NCBI GenBank assembly: GCA_964016885.1 | Contig: OZ024742.1 | Coordinates: 260,648,001-260,712,000 of the forward strand | Direction: 5' to 3' | From: Eledone cirrhosa | Lineage: Eukaryota | Length of the DNA: 64,000 nucleotides | Part shown: positions 13,301-23,658 of the stretch, piece after piece | How the letters are laid out: every line of letters starts with the position of its first letter | Position numbering within the stretch: the first letter of the stretch is position 1 | Made by a program: the position numbers and the translations under genes | The notes under the pieces: model-generated | What the model was told of the DNA's origin: nothing | Seen by the model: the letters and a program-made list of their open reading frames with translations, nothing else | The model's database searches: none

Positions 13301-13560
13301 GCTTAGTTTTCTGGTTAGTATCAGTTTTCAGATTAGTGTTTGTGTTAGTGTTACTTTTAGTGTTAGTGCTCAGGTCAGTGTTAGTGTTTATGGTAGTGTT
13401 AGTTTTAGTGCTAGTGTTCGTGCTAATGTTAGTTTTAGTGTAAGTGTTCAGGTTAGTGTTAGTGTTTACGGTAGTGTTAGTTTTAGTGCTGCTGTTCAGG
13501 TTAGTGTTTGTGTCAGTTTTAGTGTTAGTGTTCAGGTTAGTGTTTGTGTTAGTTTTCATG
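10350..13560. repeat. Degenerate hexamer tract: (GTCAGC/GCGTTA)-rich to ~12010, then (GTTAGT)-rich
   Basis: Six-base periodicity is visible directly. It produces the many low-complexity ORFs (ADAD/NTNT on -, SVSV/VLVL on +). Confidence 0.9.
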
Positions 13561-13873
13561 TTAGCGCTAAGTTCACTGTTAGAGCATGTGTGAGTGCAAG
13601 TGTTATTTTTAAAGTTCGGTTTTAGCTTAAAGTTAGGTTTTCTACTTTCCAGGAAAAAAGTTGATCCTCTCTAACTTGAGTGGTGTGATATAGTGTGGTA
13701 AAGTATAGTGTTTTGTAGTGTGGTGTTGGATAATGTGGTATGGTTATAATGTTTGTCAGTGTGGTGTGGTATGGTATAGGTTGATGTAGTGTGGCTTAGT
13801 TTGATTATAATAATTCAAATAATAATAGCAATAATAATAGTAATAATAATTGTTCTTGTTCATTTTCTTTGTC

Positions 13874-14010
13874 TTCTTCTGTGCCTTTGACTGCTTCTGT
13901 GCCTTTGACTGCTTCTGTGCCTTTGACTGCTTCTGTGCCTTTGACTTCTTCTGTGCCTTTGACTGCTTCTGTGCCTTTGACTTCTTCTGTGCCTTTGACT
14001 TCTTCTGTGC
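13874..14010. repeat. 18-bp minisatellite (~7.5 copies; GTEEVK/GTEAVK on the minus strand)
   Basis: ct(t/g)cttctgtgcctttga repeated. Confidence 0.95.
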
Positions 14011-14889
14011 CATCTAAATACCAAAAACAAAGAATGTAAAACATATATGTTGCCTATCTCTCAGACTTTACAAAGTGGTGAGGAGATAAAGTTAATTTAA
14101 AGAGCAGTGTGCTCATGCACTGTGATCCTATAATGTAGCTTATAAGCTATTTCATAACTACAAAACAATGTCAAACATCAACAAAAGTATATACAAATAT
14201 CTTTGAATATTTAAGTTAAACCTAAATAGATCGTATCTAAAGGTCATTAGGTTAAGACTGAACTAAGATCATATCTATAAATCATTAGGTTTAGACTGAA
14301 CTGAGATCATACTTCTTTTCGTCATCTTCGTTTCCCGTGTCTTCTTTGTCTTTGTTGTCATTTTCATTTTCATTTTAGTCATCTGCTTCGTCGTCTTTTT
14401 CTTCTTTTCCATCTAAATATAAAAAAAAATTGTAAACAAATATATAGCTGATCTCTCAGACTTTCACGAAACACCGAGGAGATAGAGTTAATATAACGAG
14501 TGGGGAGCTCATATATATATATATATATATGGTATAGCATGGTGTTATGTGGTCTGGTGTGGTACAACATGGTGTGATGTGGTGTGGTATGATATGGTGA
14601 GGCAGGGGAGGGGGACAACGTTAGATTAATGTTAACAATACACATGTAGCATCTACATGTGATGAGAAGGGGGAAACAGTGTTTAACTAATTTTAACATT
14701 ACATGTAGCATCCATCTACAGGTGGTTAAGTTAAGACTGAGGTGTAATCATATGAAAAGGTCAATTTAAAACTACACAGATTCTGCTTAAAATGATGGTC
14801 AATGAAGTGTTTACTTACTCAGATCCTTTGAAATAACTTTCTTTCTCTTACTGTAACTGGACATACCTACGAAATAGAAAACAGTCGAA

Positions 14890-15200
14890 TAGAGAGTGGT
14901 GTGGTGTGGTGTGGTGTAGTGTAGTGTGGTGTGCGGTTTAGTGTAGTGGACAGTGGTGTGGTGTAGTGTAGTGGAGTGTGGTTTAGTGTAGTCGACAGTG
15001 GTGTGGTGTAGTGTGGTTCAATGTAGGTGGGGATATGGTGTAGTGGAGTGTGGTGGGATGTAGTGTGGTAGCATGTGGTGTGATGGCATGTGATGTGATG
15101 TGGCGTGGCGTGGTGAAATGTGATGTGATGTGGTGAAATGTGGCATGGTGTGGTGAAATGAGACAAGACGAGATGTGATGTGGTGTGATGTGATGTGAAA
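14890..15200. repeat. Degenerate (GTGTG/GTGTA/GTGAT) pentamer microsatellite
   Basis: Seen directly. Similar tracts lie at 10000-10210, 13680-13800 and 16200-16405. Confidence 0.9.
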
Positions 15201-15204
15201 TTTT

Positions 15205-16190
15205 TTCCTCCTATTTTTCATGTGCTATCAACTAATCCAATCTCCAAGATGCTTGAAACCGACTTTCTCCCCCCAGGAAAACGGCGGGGTGAGGTGGTTC
15301 CCCCTTCACCCGGATAACCCCTGCTTACTCGGAATTTTCTCTTTGATTCTATTTTCATGCGTTATCAGTGAATATGACTTCCAAACCAGTCAGAAACAAC
15401 TAGCTTTGGAGAAAGAGGAGAGGGAGAGGGGAAGAGTTTTGCAGATCTACACCCCACTCACATGTTGTGGGACTTAATCATTTTCGGTATATTTCCTGTG
15501 CTATTAATTTCCTGTGCTATTTTCTATGCTATTTCCTATGCTATTTCCTATGCTATTTCCTGTGCTATTAATTAATCTGACCTCCTAGATGCTTCCAATC
15601 AACTTATTTCCCTGGGTTAGGTTTAGGGTGGGGTAATTTTTAGGGTTTAGTTTTAGGGTTGAGGTAAAGTTTAGGGTTTAGCTTTAGGTTTGGGGTAAAG
15701 TTTAGGGTTTAGCTTTAGGTTTGGGGTAAAGTTTAGGGTTTAGTTTTAGGGTTGGGGTAATGTTTAGGGTTTAGTTTTATGGTTGGGGTAATGTTTAGGG
15801 TTTAGATTTAGCTTGGTTTGGTTTAGATTTAGGGTTGGGGCTAGATTTAATTTTATGTTTAATTTAGTTTCCAAATCCCAGAAAAAAAAAATTGATTCAG
15901 AGCAACTAAAAGGTCAGATTAGTTGATAGCACTGAAAAGGAGACCGAAGAAAAATCATTAGGGTATATATCTACAAAACGACAATGGCTTTTCCACCTGC
16001 TTTACCCCTCCTTTTTCCTAGAACAACTAATCATTTCCAACTGGTTTGGAGGTCATATTCGTTGATAACATGAGAAAACTCTGGGGTTAAATGAGAGAAG
16101 TGCATCCACCTAAGTTTTCCATGAAGAGAGAGTCAATAACAAACATCTTGGAGTTCGGATTAGTTGATAACACATGAAAAAAAGATGAGG
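15205..16190. mobile_element. Foldback-like repeat: imperfect inverted arms around a telomere-like array
   Basis: 15213-15450 (tgtgctatcaactaatcc..tgacttccaaaccagt) is the diverged reverse complement of ~15960-16190 (actggtttggaggtca..ggattagttgataacaca). Confidence 0.6.
15613..15850 (+). repeat. Telomere-like 31-bp G/T-rich tandem array
   Basis: Unit tttagggtttagctttaggtttggggtaaag, about 5-6 copies. Confidence 0.85.
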
Positions 16191-16628
16191 AAAAAATTTT
16201 GGGTGTTATGTGGTGTGTGTGGAGTGGTGTGTTGTGGTGTGTTTTTATGTGGAGTGGAGTAGTGTGGTGTGTTGTGGTGTGTTTTTATGTGGAGTGGAGT
16301 AGTGTGGTGTAGTGTTGTATTATTTTTATGGGGTGTGGTGTGATGTGGTGCGGTGCACTGTGGTGTTGTGCAGTGTGGTGTTGTGCAGTGCAGTGCGGTG
16401 CAGTGAGGTTCTTCATCTTTATCTTCATCTTTGTATTCATCTTTGTATTCATCTTCTTTGTTTTGTCTTCCATCTAAACAAACAAAAATATATATATAAA
16501 ACATATGTAGCCAATCTCTCAGACTTTTACAACTTTGTCTGATTTACTCGTTTTATTTACAATCCATTAAAATTATAATGGTATTAGAATGAAATAGTAT
16601 GGTAGAATATTAAGTGTTAAGTGTTAAT

Positions 16629-16667
16629 TGAACAAGTAATTTCATGCTTTCGCAATCTTCAGGTTCA
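16629..16667 (-). ncRNA. Second copy of the minimal hammerhead in the inverted pLTR
   Basis: Same motif on the minus strand, but stem III is attact instead of agtact. Confidence 0.65.
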
Positions 16668-16973
16668 TATTCTGTGGTGACAGTCAAGTTTACAATTTTC
16701 AACTGTAATGAGATGGGTAAATTTTGTGCCTTATATACAGTGAAAAGCGGCTACATGTGTAGTTTCACTGGATTACTGAAGCTGATTGGTTTAGGCATCA
16801 CGGTTGGTTGGGCATGTCTAACGACTTCTATTTAGCATCTATTCAAAGCATCAATTGTTTTGCTATTTTTAGAAATGATGAAAATAGCATTTTCTAGGGT
16901 TTTATACCCCTAAGAATTATTATTGTTCATTTAGTTTGGGTTGGAATTTTGAAAAATATTCCCAAATGCAAAT

Positions 16974-17264
16974 ATGAACTGCAAAAGCAGAAATCTAATT
17001 TACTGCATTAAATGCCCGAATTGTGAAGAACTATATGTCGGTCAAACTGGAAATGCACTATCGGAACGTGCACGGGTGCACCGACAGCAAATCAGAGACC
17101 CAAATGTCCGTCAGATACCCCTGAGTAACCATCTAGCAGCATGTGGTCAGAAAATATTTATATTTCCATTCTACAAATTACACAGGCCAAGTGAAATCAA
17201 GAGAAAAATCAAAGAAAAGAATTTTATTGATAAATTCCAACCCAAGCTAAATGAACAATTATAA
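16974..17264 (+). CDS. Penelope GIY-YIG endonuclease domain (C-terminal fragment, RT missing)
   Basis: NLIYCIKCPNCEELYVGQTG..ERARVH..HL..C..KEKNFIDKFQPKLN: GIY-YIG with the CxxC insert typical of Penelope-like elements. Confidence 0.85.
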   Translation: MNCKSRNLIYCIKCPNCEELYVGQTGNALSERARVHRQQIRDPNVRQIPLSNHLAACGQKIFIFPFYKLHRPSEIKRKIKEKNFIDKFQPKLNEQL

Positions 17265-17551
17265 TTCTTAGGGGTATAAAAACCCTAGAAAATGCTATTT
17301 ACATCATTTCTAAAAATAGCAAAACAATTGATGCTTTGGATAGAGCCAAATAGAAGTCGTTAGACATGCTCAACCAACCATGACACCTAAACCAATCAGC
17401 TTCAGTAATCCAGTGAAACTACACACCAATTGGTCGAAATACAGTTTGCAAAATATAGCATTCTGTAGCCGCTTTTCTCTGTATATAAGGCACAAAATTT
17501 ACCCATCTCATTACAGTTGAAAATTGCAAACTTGACTGTCACCACAGAATA

Positions 17552-17590
17552 TGAACCTGAAGATTGCGAAAGCATGAAAGTACTTGTTCA
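17552..17590 (+). ncRNA. Minimal type I hammerhead ribozyme
   Basis: tgaac-CTGAAGA-ttgc gaaa gcat-GAAA-gtact-t-gttca: stem I tgaac/gttca, stem II tgc/gca, palindromic stem III agtact. Confidence 0.8.
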
Positions 17591-17634
17591 ATTAACATTT
17601 AACACTTAATATTCTAACATACTATTCAGATTAT

Positions 17635-17982
17635 ATCTATATATATATACACATGCATATATATATACATACATACATACACACATATACATATATACAA
17701 ATACATATATACATGCATATATATATATATACATATACAATATGTATAGGATTCCTTTCCCTTTGAGCACATAATTTACAGGGAATAACGCGAGTTTATG
17801 GCTCCGTTAATTTATCTTCATATATACATACACACACACATATATATACATACACACATATGCATACACACACATATGCATACACACATATATACATACA
17901 CACACATATACATACACACATATATACATACACACATATATACATACACACATATATACATACACACACATATATATAGATT

Positions 17983-18057
<75 letters not shown>

Positions 18058-18058
18058 A
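17635..18058. repeat. (TA)n/(CATA)n microsatellites
   Basis: Seen directly. Confidence 0.95.
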
Positions 18059-18557
18059 AAGTACTTGACGATGAGCATTCTAGTTGTTCAATAAACTGAT
18101 TGAATAATACAAACGATGTTTTAATATACAGATTCATTATTTGCGTATATATAATATATTTACAGTAGAATAACAGCAAATATGTTTTAAATATATACAT
18201 AAATAATTACCAATGCTTAAAAAACATTATAAATTGCTCGCGATTCTTTCAGAAGGATATATTCCTTTAATGTTGCAATATTAAAGAAAATATACGTCTA
18301 TATATACATACATATATTTATTCAACTAAGGAAAGTTGGTTGATTGAAAATTTGCCGACTCTTTCATAAGTTTAATATCAACAGTTTATGTTTATCCGGA
18401 GTTTTATTATAATAATTGTTTCTACTTTGGTACAAGGCCAGCAATTACCCAGTATATTACTGCTACTTTATTTTATCGACCCCATAAGGATGAAAGGCAA
18501 AGTTAACCTCGGTGGGTTATAATAATAAACAAGAAAGACGGTATCATTTGCCCATTT

Positions 18558-18688
18558 CATTTGTATAACATCTGTCCTACGTGTTCTCATATCAATGGAT
18601 ATCAACGAATATCTCATATCAACGGATATTTACATCTTGCATGGATTTTTGTCGGAAGAAAACACGTAGGGCAGATATTATACAAATG
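18558..18688. mobile_element. Small MITE-like inverted repeat
   Basis: catttgtataacatctgtcctacgtgtt (18558-18585) pairs with aacacgtagggcagatattatacaaatg (18661-18688) with 2 mismatches. Confidence 0.6.
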
Positions 18689-18720
18689 ACATATGTCTTC
18701 GAAATAAGTATAATAAAATA

Positions 18721-18761
<41 letters not shown>

Positions 18762-19690
18762 AGGTGAGTTTTATTGTAGTACAATAAAGAGCAATGCAGA
18801 TATCGGATAAGTACCACTCTACAGTTTGTAGGACTGGAGTATAAATAATAAGATCAAAAGGTGGTTAAAAGAGTTCCATGTATTTTATTATGCGCATTTC
18901 AAAAACAAATATCATGCGATGACATTTGCGTTTTCGTCAGATAAAATAGGGAGACATGATATGAAGGTTAAAAAACACTTGTGAATAGTGCAGTTTTAAA
19001 TCAACTTATGAAAAGTAATTCAAGATTGATATGTGATATTGGGAAAAAAAATGAATGTGAGTGGGTGGGGTGGAAAGGATGAAAAAGAGGAGGAGATGAG
19101 AGTAAAGAATGGAGGGGGAGGAGTATAATAAGGAAGGATGAGATAGGAGGAGAGATGGGTGATAGAAAGAGAGAGATAGCCTTTATAACTGAGAAAAATA
19201 TATTGTTTTACAGAGAGAGGTTAAAAAGCCGTTGGAAGATAATATATAAATTAAAAGAATTTGAAAATTAATGAAAAGAAAAAAATTAAGAATAATGTTA
19301 AATTAAGGTTTGTATATTGAAGAGTTTAATAATATGTGCGATGAAAAGAAATTGTTAATATATATTAAGAATAATGTTAAATTAAGGTTTGTATATTGAA
19401 GGGTTTAATAATGTGTTAAACCTTAATTTAACATTATTCTTAATATATATTAACAATTTCTTTTCATCGCACATATTATTAAACCCTTCAATATACAAAC
19501 CTTAATTTAACATTATTCTTAATTTTTTCTTTTCATTAATTTTCAAATTCTTTTAATTTATATATTATCTTCCAACGGCTTTTTAACCTCTCTCTCTCTG
19601 TAAAACAATATATTTTTCTCAGTTATAAAAGCTATCTCTCTCTCTCTATCACCCATCTCTCCTATCTCATCCTTCCTTATTATACTCCTC

Positions 19691-21076
19691 CAGTGGCGGA
19701 TTTAACAGGTGGTGAAGGTGGCAAATGCCGACTGGGCCCCTGCCGACTGGGCGCTTGCAAAAAAAAAAAATTGTAATTTGGGCGATATCCAAAAATACCT
19801 CCCCCATGCCTAGGACTAAATAACTTCGCTGTTCGCTGCTGATATGAGGCTAAATAACTTCGCTGCTGGCTGCTGAAATGAGGCTATTCCAACAAATTTA
19901 CATTCCTTTTTTTTTTAGCCGTTAAAAGAAATATAGATTTATTTATTTATTTGAAACGTTTTTGTTAGTTTCATTGTTTTGTTTTTTTGGCGATATTTTT
20001 GTTAGTTTCTTGTTGTTTTTTTTTAGTTTCTTTTTGATTTATTCCTTGTGACAGTGCTTTGAACGTTCAACAGATAAATTGGAAGAACTCAGATGCGATC
20101 ACAAATTTGAACAATTTGTGGACCAGGCAAAGAAAGCCTGGAATGACGTGGGATTTGATGCATCTGAAACTAATTTTAAAATAACGCGAGTAAGGAGAAG
20201 AAAGATTATGGATGGTGAAGTTTGTGGTGTTGAAAGACTAGCTACTGCTTCAGATAGATATCGCACTGCAATTTATTTTCAATCACTGGATAGTATGATT
20301 GGGGAGATGAGAGCCCGAACTGAAGGAATAAAAAAAATATCTTCAATCTTTGGATTTTTTAGTTCAAATCGACTGGCTAAATGCTCAGATGATGAACTAA
20401 AAACACATGTAGCAACATTGGTAGATAACTTTCCAAATGAATTCACACTGGAACTCAGAAATGAACTCTTTTCTTTCATTGGCCTCTACTTTTCACAGCC
20501 AAACGCAGCTTTAAAACAAAGTGGGGTTATGCCATATCTGAAATTTTTACTGAACAATGACTTGTGTGATGTCTTTCCCGAGTTTGAAATTCTGGTAAGG
20601 CTATTTCTCACTTTACCAATTGGCATAGCAAGTGCGGAACGCTCTTTCAGTGTTCTACGAAGAATTAAAAATTATCTTCGTTCAACGATGGGCCAGGAGA
20701 GGCTATCCAGTTTTGCTCTGCTGGCAATTGAAAACAAAATTACTAAATCAGTAAACTTGGACCACGCTATAACTCATTTTTCAACTGTTAAAGCTCGCAG
20801 AGGTCTGCGCATGTAAAAGCAATTTGTGTAAAAGACTAACATATATACAACTTTATTACTTTATTATTTGTTTACAGTACAGCACATCTGTTTGTTTGTT
20901 TCAAATAAAGTATACTTGTAATTTAATTGTCTTCTTAATGATTATTGGTAGCTAAATGGGAAATAAAAAAAAAAACTTTTTCAATACTCGCTCGAAAAGA
21001 AGGTACTTTAATTTTCACTCTGGGACCTCCTTACTGACCAATACCGACTGGGCCCTATTCCTTAAATCCGCCACTG
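19691..21076 (+). mobile_element. Internally deleted hAT DNA transposon (1386 bp)
   Basis: Perfect 15-bp TIRs cagtggcggatttaa/ttaaatccgccactg, 8-bp TSD tactcctc (19683-19690, 21077-21084), and a transposase fragment. Confidence 0.95.
20079..20816 (+). CDS. hAT transposase C-terminal fragment with dimerisation domain (Tip100/ZMYM1-like)
   Basis: FPEFEILVRLFLTLPIGIASAERSFSVLRRIKNYLRSTMGQERLSSFALLAIE. The ORF has a TTG start and lacks the N-terminal domains. Confidence 0.85.
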   Translation: MEELRCDHKFEQFVDQAKKAWNDVGFDASETNFKITRVRRRKIMDGEVCGVERLATASDRYRTAIYFQSLDSMIGEMRARTEGIKKISSIFGFFSSNRLAKCSDDELKTHVATLVDNFPNEFTLELRNELFSFIGLYFSQPNAALKQSGVMPYLKFLLNNDLCDVFPEFEILVRLFLTLPIGIASAERSFSVLRRIKNYLRSTMGQERLSSFALLAIENKITKSVNLDHAITHFSTVKARRGLRM

Positions 21077-21649
21077 TACTCCTCCCCCACCATTCTTTAC
21101 TTTCATCTCCTCTTTTTCATCCTTTCCACCCCCCCTCATTTTTGCCCCAATATCACATATCAATCTTAAATTACTTTTCATATGTTGATTTAAAACTGCA
21201 CTATTCACAAGTGTTTTTTAACCTTCATATCATGTCTCCCTATTTTATCTGACGAAAACGCAAATGTCATCGCATGATGATATTTGTTTTTGAAATGCGC
21301 ATAATAAAATACATGGAACTCTTTTAACCACCTTTTGATCTTATATTATATATATACATATACATACATAGTAATAATAATTGTTTCTACTGTAGGCACA
21401 AGGTCAGCAATTACCCAGTGCATTACTGAATAATAATAATATTTATACTTATATATGATTATAAATATGGATGGTAGAACTAAGTACTAGCCGGAAGGAG
21501 AAAAGGCTCAATGTAAATTTTCAAATGTATTACAGAAGTTTAATACATTTAATTGGTGATAATTTTTTTTTTACATACATACATATATATACAATATATT
21601 AATAAATGGAAACTATATTTATCATGGGCCACCGCTTTCATCAGATAAA

Positions 21650-21690
<41 letters not shown>

Positions 21691-21810
21691 AAACTTAATT
21701 ATTCGTGTAACGTTTTTAATAATTATTTGATATTACTTACCGTTTTCTTATCTTTTGATTTACTGTTTCTTCATTTCTCCTGCGTTTGTTAAAATTCCCG
21801 CTATTCTCTG

Positions 21811-22095
21811 GAGAAAAATGGCGCCAAACGTTTCCTTTTGAAAGAATAATGTGATTTGTCACGTGATATTACCTCTAAATATGTGTATACGTATATACGT
21901 ATACACATTACCTCTAAATATGTGTATACGTATATACGTATACACATTACCTCTAAATATGTGTATACGTATATACGTATACACATTACCTCTAAATATG
22001 TGTATACGTATATACGTATACACATATTTAGAAGTACTATCACGTGACAAATCACATTATTCTTTCAAAAGGAAAAGTTTGGCGCCATTTTTCTC
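21811..22095. repeat. Palindrome with four central 39-bp tandem units
   Basis: Arms gagaaaaatggcgccaaac..tcacgtgata. Units ttacctctaaata+tgtgtatacgtatatacgtatacaca at 21869, 21908, 21947 and 21986. Confidence 0.95.
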
Positions 22096-22174
22096 GTATA
22101 TACGTATTTTTTCATTGTAAGTTCGGAAAAATGATAAATTGGAATAATTCTAAAATCGGGAAAATTTTTTATAT

Positions 22175-22320
22175 CACTCAAATGATGTTATTGCATTAAG
22201 CATCCTTTTCACACTTCCAGTATCGATGGAAAATGGTGAGACTAGTTTCTCAAAGCTGAAGCTTATAAAATTTTACATTCACTCTACAATGTTGCAAGAG
22301 AGTTTTGTTGACTTGCTTTT
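22175..22320 (+). pseudogene. Second, older hAT dimerisation-domain relic
   Basis: Manual translation: VIALSILFTLPVSMENGETSFSKLKLIKFYIHSTMLQESFVDL. Confidence 0.75.
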
Positions 22321-22648
22321 TAAACGATAATAAACCGATTATTAATCATTGAAAGACTCAAAATAATAATACTATGGAATATTTTTACTGAGTCCGGTTA
22401 AGAGTATACTATTTTCCATTCCCGAGGGTATACTCTTAAGCAGACTCGACTGTACCTGCGGGGCTAGACCGAGGGGGCGGGGAAAAGTCGGGTCCCATCA
22501 CAATATTCCCGTTCCATGATAGTAAGGCCCCTTCACCTGAGAGGCAAAGGTAAAACCTGCAACGATACATTTTCTCAAACAAGAACCTGGTTAATTTCGT
22601 GCTCGACAAGTCTGTTATCATAATTCAATACACATCAGCAACCAACAG

Positions 22649-22683
<35 letters not shown>

Positions 22684-23298
22684 ATACCCTGTTGTAAATC
22701 AATACTAGCTGCTTCCTACCTCTTTATCAGATAAATACTTTTTTTTTACAAGCTGTTTTTTAGTCTGTTTATAGATTCTGCATGGGATTACGTTATTGTT
22801 GTTGTTTAGCCCTAGGTCAACCTTGACTAAACCACAGAATTCCATTATGATCAACGGTATTCCAGCCACGACCATCCCGTCGTTTTAGGTGTATCTAATA
22901 CGTACATTATCAGACATCGTGTTCTTTCTTAATATTTTTTTTAAGGTGGGTGGAAAGAATTGGCTGTTATTTCTAGCAAACTGAGTGCCCACATAGTATG
23001 TGTATATGGGGGAGGGGTATGTTAAAGTAAGGGAGTACAAGTGTTTGTGAAACATTTAACCATTTACATTATAAATTCAAATGTGTGGGTAGTTCTTGGT
23101 GATCGAACGAAAGGAACCGATACGAGATCCATTGATTCTGTATAAGCCTATCAGAGGTTCATCGATATACCAACCATTGGTAAATATTCCAAGCACACAC
23201 ATATATATATATATACATACGTACACAGCATTCTCCTCACGAAGGGCGAGAGTGGCGATCGCAAACATATATACATATACACACAAACACATACACAC

Positions 23299-23330
<32 letters not shown>

Positions 23331-23446
23331 CGCAGAAACACACACATACAATAACGACTAGTACTACGATTCTGGAGGAGCGAATGATGGAGAAGATGAA
23401 GCTCTCTGTCGCAGAATAAATGGTATTTAATTTTAATAATAATACT

Positions 23447-23522
<76 letters not shown>

Positions 23523-23658
23523 CTTAATTGAATTGATTATCATTATCGTTTTTATGGCAAAAGATAGACAGAGAGGGAAAGAGATAGATAGAGGGAAAGA
23601 TTTTGACATATATATATATATATATATATATGTATTTTGTTTTTTTATATATATATAT

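Larger units (their letters stand above)
16596..17625 (+). mobile_element. 5'-truncated Penelope-like element with an inverted pseudo-LTR
   Basis: GIY-YIG ORF at 16974-17264. 16596-16949 is the reverse complement of 17232-17625. Each repeat carries a hammerhead motif. Confidence 0.9.
18848..21344. repeat. ~1.1-kb near-perfect palindrome (foldback element), right arm split by a hAT insertion
   Basis: Left arm 18848-19390, loop 19391-19417, right arm 19418-19690 plus 21085-21344. Confidence 0.92.

Noticed and set aside
10525-13443. Plus-strand S/A/V/L-rich ORFs resembling membrane or adhesin proteins
   Set aside because: They are by-products of hexamer periodicity, are open in several frames and have non-ATG starts.
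17798-18200. H/T/Y/I and C/V/Y ORFs (also 473-661, 23077-23419, 28037-28589)
   Set aside because: Translations of micro- and minisatellites.
21869-22024. CRISPR-like array of palindromic repeats
   Set aside because: Units are identical with no unique spacers, there are no cas genes, and the context is eukaryotic.
22400-22640. GC-richer island (also 26700-27110)
   Set aside because: No recognisable motif or boundaries; probably unclassified transposon fragments and cannot be called without a search.
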